Of a DNA stretch of 64,000 nt, positions 56,636 through 64,000 are shown piece by piece. Each line of letters begins with the position of its first letter. Position 1 is the stretch's first letter. Made by a program: the position numbers and the translations under genes. The notes below the pieces were generated by a model. The model did no database searches and was not told where the DNA came from. It saw only the letters and a list, made by a program, of their open reading frames with translations. Origin of the DNA: the human T2T-CHM13v2.0 reference genome, Homo sapiens; NCBI RefSeq assembly GCF_009914755.1, contig NC_060940.1, one strand, 5' to 3'.

Positions 56636-57371
56636 TCCCATCTTAATTTTTTAAAGGAAAAAAATAAAACCTATGGTCATGAGCAAATTACAGATCAGCT
56701 AAATCTTATGTGGGAACATCTCCCCATCTACAGCTATTTCTGTTTGTTTGTTTGTTTGTTTGTTTGTTTTGCTAGACGAGTATTTTCCCTCCTCAAGCTA
56801 ATTGCTTGATGGAATTAAAGACGATAATCTCTAATAATTCCAGTGAACACATGGTTCATTTTCAGGTAGTTTTATCCTCGAATTTCACTTGTTATTTTGT
56901 TGTCGGTGGCAAATTTTCCTTTTACCCTCTATGAGACACCCCCGCCTTGGGTCTACCTGAACTAAAAATGCGTTTGGTGTCTCCAGGCTCATGGCATAGC
57001 CACTCTGGGAAACTTGTCTAACTTCCAGATTCTCAAATTTCTGCAGCTGAGAGCATGTCTCTCTTTTGGGAAGGAGGCTTTTCCTGGCTGGTGGGAGAAC
57101 AGCTTCAATTTGGGAGACAGTGTGAGTCAGCAGGAATAACGCTAAATGGCTGGAAATCAGCTCAGCAAAAATAGCAGGAGCACCTACTGTGTAGAGACTG
57201 TCCACTAGCCCTGTCTTCAGAAGGCAAGAAAGGAATGCCAACTCTCTCCTCTTGGGCTGAGTGGGGAGATGAGACAGGGCAGGGAAGAAGGAAAGTGCAG
57301 TAAGCAGGTTCTGATGACGAGGCGGTAAAGGTGTTGATTTTAGGGATTATAGGGAGACCACCCGTGCCTTA

Positions 57372-57845
<474 letters not shown>

Positions 57846-57870
57846 CTATTGAACAGTAGAAAGACATTTT

Positions 57871-58150
57871 GTCCGGGCGTGGCGACTTATGCCTGTAATC
57901 CCAGCACTTTGGGAGCGTGAGCTGGGGACCAGCCTGAGTAACATAGCAAAACCTCATCTCTACTAAAAATAAAACAAATTAGCCCACTAGAGTGGCATCT
58001 GCCTGTGGGCCCAGCTACTCAGGAGGCTGGGGCAGGAGGATTATTTGAGCCTGGGAAGTTCAAGCTGCAGTGAGCTATGATTGCACTGCTGCATTTCAGG
58101 CTGGGTGACCAAGCAAGACCCTGTCTAAAATGTCTAAAATAAAATAATAA
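57871..58150 (+). mobile_element. Alu (AluJ) with left-arm deletion
   Basis: TSD aaag(a/g)cattt. Confidence 0.9.
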
Positions 58151-58309
58151 AGGCATTTAATTCAATACTTAGTGAATACTTGGATTTCTCTCCATTGCGG
58201 AGATGAGGTAGGTATGGCAGGGGATGGGGACGCGGTGGTGCAGGTGTCCATGCCATGGCTTAAGTGCCATCCCTGGAGCAACAGGACGTTGTCTGAGTGA
58301 TTCTCATTG

Positions 58310-58505
58310 CTGGTTCTGGATTCAAATAGCCTGGGTTTGACTCCTGGCTCTGGTTTTTCCTAACTTGGGGCACCTTGTTTAGCCTCTCTCCATCTCAGTG
58401 CTCTCATCTGTTCAAGGGGATAATGATAATGACAGTATCTACTGGGTAAGGTCCCTGTAAGAAGTCACTGTAGGATGAAGGCAGAAAGCTAGATCATGCC
58501 TGGTA
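58310..58505 (+). mobile_element. MIR
   Basis: gcctgggtttgactcctggctctg...tctcagtgctctcatctgttcaaggggataat. Confidence 0.7.
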
Positions 58506-58879
58506 ATGACCAGGTTGGTGCTGGAGGAGAGGGGGCTGAGGTTGGAGATCATCAATGCACCAGGGGTCTCGGGATGATGAAGAGAGTCGCTGCCCTCTGC
58601 TTCTTCCCCCTTCTTCCTTGCTGGGCTCCAGCTGGCTGAAAGTGTATGACCATCTATCTCTAGGGCACTTCAGAAAGATGGATGGGAAGTGGGAAGAGGG
58701 GATGAGGCTGCCTAGAGAGCCTTGAAATTTTAACTTCTGTGAAATATCCAGAGAAGATCCCTGGCAATGTTTTTGTGTCTATCTCATTGAAGACACATCA
58801 GTGAGGCTAGCAGAGGGCCCTCTTTATTGGGGAGCAGAACAGGAGACATTCGCCTTTCAGTGAGGACACCTCACATCAG

Positions 58880-59380
58880 TGCCCCTGTAGATTTATTGTG
58901 AATTACCTGGGGTTTGGGGGAGGGGTCTCAGAAAATGCAATTTCTAATTCACTTGGTCTGGGGTGGAGTCTAAGATATTGCATTACTTTTTTTTTTTTTC
59001 TTTTTTCTTTTTTTTTTTTTTTTTTGAGATGGAGTCCTGCTCTGTTGCCCAGGCTGGAGTGCAGTGGCGTGATCTCTGTTCACTGCAACCTCTGCCTCCC
59101 CGGTTCTATCGATTCTCATTCCTCAGCCTCTGAGTAGCTGGGCCTACAGGTGCCCACCACCATGCCTGGCTAATTTTTGTATTTTTATTAGAGACAGGGT
59201 TTTACATTGTTGGCCAGGGTGGTCTCAAACTTGTGGCCTCAGGTGATCCACCCGTCTTGGCCTCCCAAAGTGCTGGGATTACAGGTGTGAGCCGCTGCAC
59301 CGGGCCTCTGAGACAGTGCATTTGTAATGAGTTTCCAGGTGATGCCAACGCTGTTGGTCCTCAGTCTCACTTTGAGTGTT
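58880..59380. mobile_element. MER5A-like element split by an Alu
   Basis: gaattacctgggg...ttctaattcacttggtctggggtggagtctaaga; after the Alu, tgcattt...ttccaggtgatgccaacgctgttggtcctcagtctcactttgagt. Confidence 0.7.
58987..59306 (-). mobile_element. Alu (AluS)
   Basis: Reverse dimer. Confidence 0.95.
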
Positions 59381-60583
59381 AAGATCCTGCAGGATACTCC
59401 AAGTGAGAACTGTACTTGGGATTCCGCACCCTCCCCTTCATTCCTCACCCAGGCTTGCCCATTTGACTGTGGTGCTGGCCCATTTATCCTAGTTAAAGGG
59501 TTCCACAGTTCCCTGTGATTATCCCTCATGATACGGATCACGTTATACACTTAAATTAAATAAAATGCACCCTATCGAATGCACTGCACACAAAAAGAAT
59601 ATTTATTTGAATATTAAGTACAGATAAGACTTCCCCTGGGATTATTTCAGAGCGCATTTGCAGAATTTAATTGCAATATTTTCCCACTCAGTTTCTTTCT
59701 GAACGCTACTTGTGAAAATATTTTCTTTCTGAAGGTAAAGCTCTGCGTTGTTGGTTTATTATTATTATTATTTTAAATCTGAAGAGCTCTCTGAGCTCGG
59801 TCATTACTTCCAGTGTCTAATTAATCCTGATGATGATAAAGTAAACAGCCAGGTGACCTAGATTTTCCTTTTAAATTGCTAGCAATTAACATGAATGCCT
59901 GCTCATTGTTGCAGAACTTTTGGGAATCTAGTCCTTCCAGTTAGGATTCCTTAAGTTGGGGGTTTTAAGAGTTCATTTTGTGTGAAGCATATGTCTTCCA
60001 GCACTCCTTCCATTAAGCTTTCCAGGAAGAATGTGAACACAGACACACACACACACACATATACAGAGCAACAGTCACCACCACCACCCAGCCAACCCTT
60101 TCAGACAACTGAACTGGAAAATTAGAAAATGAATACTCCTCAAGTTTCTCAAGCTACAGAATCCTTCCCATTTCTTAAATAATGACATTTTGTAAAGTCA
60201 TAGAAATCAGCAATAGAAAAGACCTCTTGTGTAAAGATCTCTTCAGATGCGAAAGTCAGAATAGCATGGAAAGACAGCCTGGGGATGTCCACCTTGGGTG
60301 CCTTCTATCCCTATTTCCTTGTCTGGAGAATTGGTCCCATGGGACTTAGTTCACCTTGACATTTTTTTTTTTTTCCATGACAGCCTTGTAGTTGTTACAT
60401 GATTTATTTCTTTTGACATTCTCTACAATGTGTAGATGTGGATTTACAGTGTCCCATCCTAAAACTTTCAGAAGCAGTAGCCAATTTTTCACAATCTTGG
60501 TTTTCTACCGCTGTGTTATAGGAAAGGGGTCCCAATGCAGATCCCCAGATAGGGTTCTTGGATCTCCCTCAAGAAAGAATTCA

Positions 60584-60946
<363 letters not shown>

Positions 60947-61383
60947 TTATTAAGAAAGTAGGGGAATAAGAATGGCTAGTTCATAGACAGAGTGGATGAA
61001 GGGCAGAGGAGCCCCTCATCAGAGTGGATGATGAGCCCCTTGGGGCTGCTTGTTTCCCATTTTTATGGTTATTTCTTGATGACATGCTAAACAAGGAGTA
61101 GATTATTCATGCTTCCCCTTTTTAGATCATACAGGGTAACTTCCTGACGTTGCCATGGCATTTATAAACTGTCATGGTGCCAGTGGGAGTGTGGCAGTGA
61201 GGACAACCAGAGGTCACCTTCGTCACCATCTTGGTTTTGGTGGGTTTTGGCTGGCTTCTTTACTGCAAACTGTTCTATCAGCAAGGTCCTTACGACCTGT
61301 ATCTTGTCTTGTGCTGACCTCCTATCTTATCCTGTGACTTAGAATGCCTTAGCCATCTGGGAATGCAGCCCAGTAGGTCTTAG

Positions 61384-61387
<4 letters not shown>

Positions 61388-61415
<28 letters not shown>

Positions 61416-61561
61416 GAGATGGAGTTTTGCTCTTGTTGCCCAGGCTGGAGTGTGCACCGGCACAATCTTGGCTCACCATAACCTCCACTTCCCAGGTTCA
61501 AGAGCTTCTCCTGCCTCAGCCTCCCAAGTAGCTGGGATTATAGGCATACACCACCATGCCA
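61388..61561 (-). mobile_element. 5'-truncated Alu (right arm) inside MER41A
   Basis: Poly(T) plus right arm; TSD aggtcttagc(c/t)tc. Confidence 0.92.
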
Positions 61562-61764
61562 GAGGTCTTAGCTTCATTTTACCCAGCCCCTATTCAAGAT
61601 GGAGTTGCTCTGGTTCATAAACCTCTGACAATTGTGATGCTGTCTGCTAAATATCTAAGGAAACAGTGAGGCACGTCCAGTCCACTGTCAACTTATGAAA
61701 AGAAGAAATCACAACAACAACAACAAATGGACTACTGAATTCAGTTTACTTTCTTGTAGTGAAA

Positions 61765-61975
61765 AGGCACGTTATATAGTGCTTTCCGTGTGATAGGCAC
61801 TCTTCTAATTGCTTTGCAAATATTAACTCATTCAAATCATGTGATGACCCTGTGGGGCACATGGGTAGACCCAGGCAAGGAATTTGTTCAAGGTCTGTAA
61901 GCTAATAAGGAGTTGAGTTGAGCTTTGAACCTTGGAAGTCTGGCTTTCGATTTTGTTCTCTGAACCACTGCATTT
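61765..61975 (-). mobile_element. MIR
   Basis: aggcactcttctaattgctttgcaaatattaactcattcaaatc...tttgaaccttggaagtctggctt. Confidence 0.65.
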
Positions 61976-64000
61976 TAGATGCCTCTCAAATGTCTCTCAG
62001 TTAATATGATCAAGATGACTGCCCAGATAAGGCCATGGCCTGTGTGTCTCTGCTGAATCTATTTAATTGGGATGCAGATTATAAAATTATCAACTTCTGA
62101 TAAAATTATTATTAGAGCTCTGTAATATCCAATGAGAAAGAAAAAAAATTACAGTTAAAACATCTTAACTTGAAAATGTCTTGAGAACATATATTCTATC
62201 CCAGTAGAGAGATTCAAATGGTATGTAAATCCCCCACTTGCCCTCCCCTCCACACTCTTTCCCACCTCTGGATGTAGAGAGGGGGATGATGGGAAAATCT
62301 TCGCTGAGATGCTCATTCTACACAGAGTTTCCTGGCTATAGGGTAACGATGGTCCCAGGAGACCGGTTCAGGGAAGCATGCCAAGCCCTTTTAGTTACCC
62401 AGGACATTTTGGTGAGTATTGCTTGAATTTTCTTAGACTGAGCAAGGGTTTGGGATGGGATGGGGTTGAAGGAGGGCAATTATAACCCTTGATCATGAGG
62501 GAAAGAAATGGTGATTGCTTTCGCTGCTGAAACAAATAGAAATCATCTTTGTAATAACTGCAATTGTTTTCTCCAGCCCTCCTCTGCCTTGGTTCACAAA
62601 ATACCTTATTAAATCTGGAGAATAAAAATGTACCTGGGGTAATGGTTTATTATTAGAATAAATAATAGGCAATATGTTTCTTCCACCCTGCAAGGTATCA
62701 GATGCCAAGACATTTCGTGGTTTAGCTTGTAAAGGTGCTTACATGTGTCAGACCAGCCAGGCTCTTCATGGCCAGGGGCTGCCCTTTCATTTCAAGACCA
62801 GCATCAAGCCTGAAGTGAACAACTCCACGAGACTGCATTCTTGCAGAAAGCAGATGTGGGAGGCCGAAGGGGATATTGGCCACGTGCTGCCTGGGGCTGC
62901 CATGTCTTGCTCAATGTTTGTCTGTCTGATTAATCTGTCTGGACCTGGGGGACTTCTTTTGTTGATAATGGGGTCTTTACCAAGAGGGTGCATGGCAGAG
63001 CAAGTGTGAAAAGCACTTCCTCCCAAGAAAACACCTCATTAAAACGTGTAATTTGAGGTTTGTTCAAATTCTGTGGGCATCCTGACCTCTGACATCCCTT
63101 TAATCAGATAACCAACACTTGAATCTCTCCAGTGACTTATAGCCAGAGCAGTGACTCTCTTGATATAAGTACCATTATTACCAAACAATATGATGTTTAA
63201 AGGAATATCAGAAGTGCTCACTAAATGTGTTGTCCTGCCTGGGAGATAGCACCCCATAGGTCATTCGAGTGCTAAGAATACTAAGTGTTTTGAGATTTTA
63301 GGATATGCTCCATAAAGTATTCCCGAGGACTCTTAGCCATAAATTAAATATGTTAGAGCTTTCAGCATTTGGGTTTATTGTGCAAGTTTACGTATAACAA
63401 CAAATCCATTATTATTTTTTCTACTTAGTACTTAGCCTTGACAAGCTCTTTCGTCCGTCTCCCTTGACCCTCCAAAGCTGGCATCCTTTCAAAACCAGAC
63501 AAGATTTTTACAGCAGATAATGGTCTTCCCCAAGGTTAAGAGGAAAACATCGTGGGAGAGCTGGGTGTGTTCTCCAAGCTATTTTCTCAAGTGTATTTTG
63601 TTCGTTTATGCAACATGAGACAGAATCAAGTTCATTAATCATGGCTGACTTGAGTCATTGTTGTGACTTTTTGTTTTTACTTTTTTAATTGATTATTTCT
63701 CACCTCCTTTCCTGAAACCTAAGCATTTACTAGTGTAACACACTTTTGTTCTTCCTTGTGACAAAAAGTAACAACCGCCATGACCGGTGGTGGGATCTGT
63801 ATTTGCTTATCTGACATAAACTATCCTGTCTTCTTAGAATCAGAGGACACACTTTATTGTGTGATACACTTGCAAGAAGCAGTGGGTATGATTACAACCA
63901 TACGTCGGATTATAGGACTGTATTATGTTCAAAGATTTCAGGCCTTTATAAACTCAGGTATCTAATAAACATTACACATGAGACCCTAGAAGCAGACGAG

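Noticed and set aside
63780-63965. 61-aa ORF beginning near ccgccATGa
   Set aside because: No promoter or splice context and no recognisable homology; length expected by chance

Overview
Primate (very probably human) non-coding genomic DNA, either a large intron or an intergenic region. No protein-coding gene, CpG island, tRNA, rRNA or CRISPR array can be supported. The longer ORFs in the track are Alu, L1, LTR or simple-repeat translations. The window is dominated by transposon fossils. These comprise about 48 Alu copies or fragments, three MER41-family solo LTRs, a THE1 LTR nested in an L1, another ERV1-type LTR, several MLT1 LTRs, MIR, L2 and CR1 remnants, the hAT elements MER33, MER20 and MER5, and a MADE1 mariner MITE. 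It also holds a retroposed U6 snRNA pseudogene with poly(A) and target-site duplication (TSD), and a 5'-inverted (twin-primed) L1. Large non-B-DNA-prone simple repeats are present. Repeat-free islands carry homeodomain or E-box motif clusters, two strong same-orientation CTCF motifs and a candidate 49-nt exon. I found no evidence for a new biological system. The best leads are the candidate micro-exon, the CTCF pair beside MER41A, the enhancer-like islands and several templated-insertion or retrotransposition scars. Repeat family names come from my recollection of consensus sequences, not from a search. Boundaries are approximate unless a TSD is quoted.
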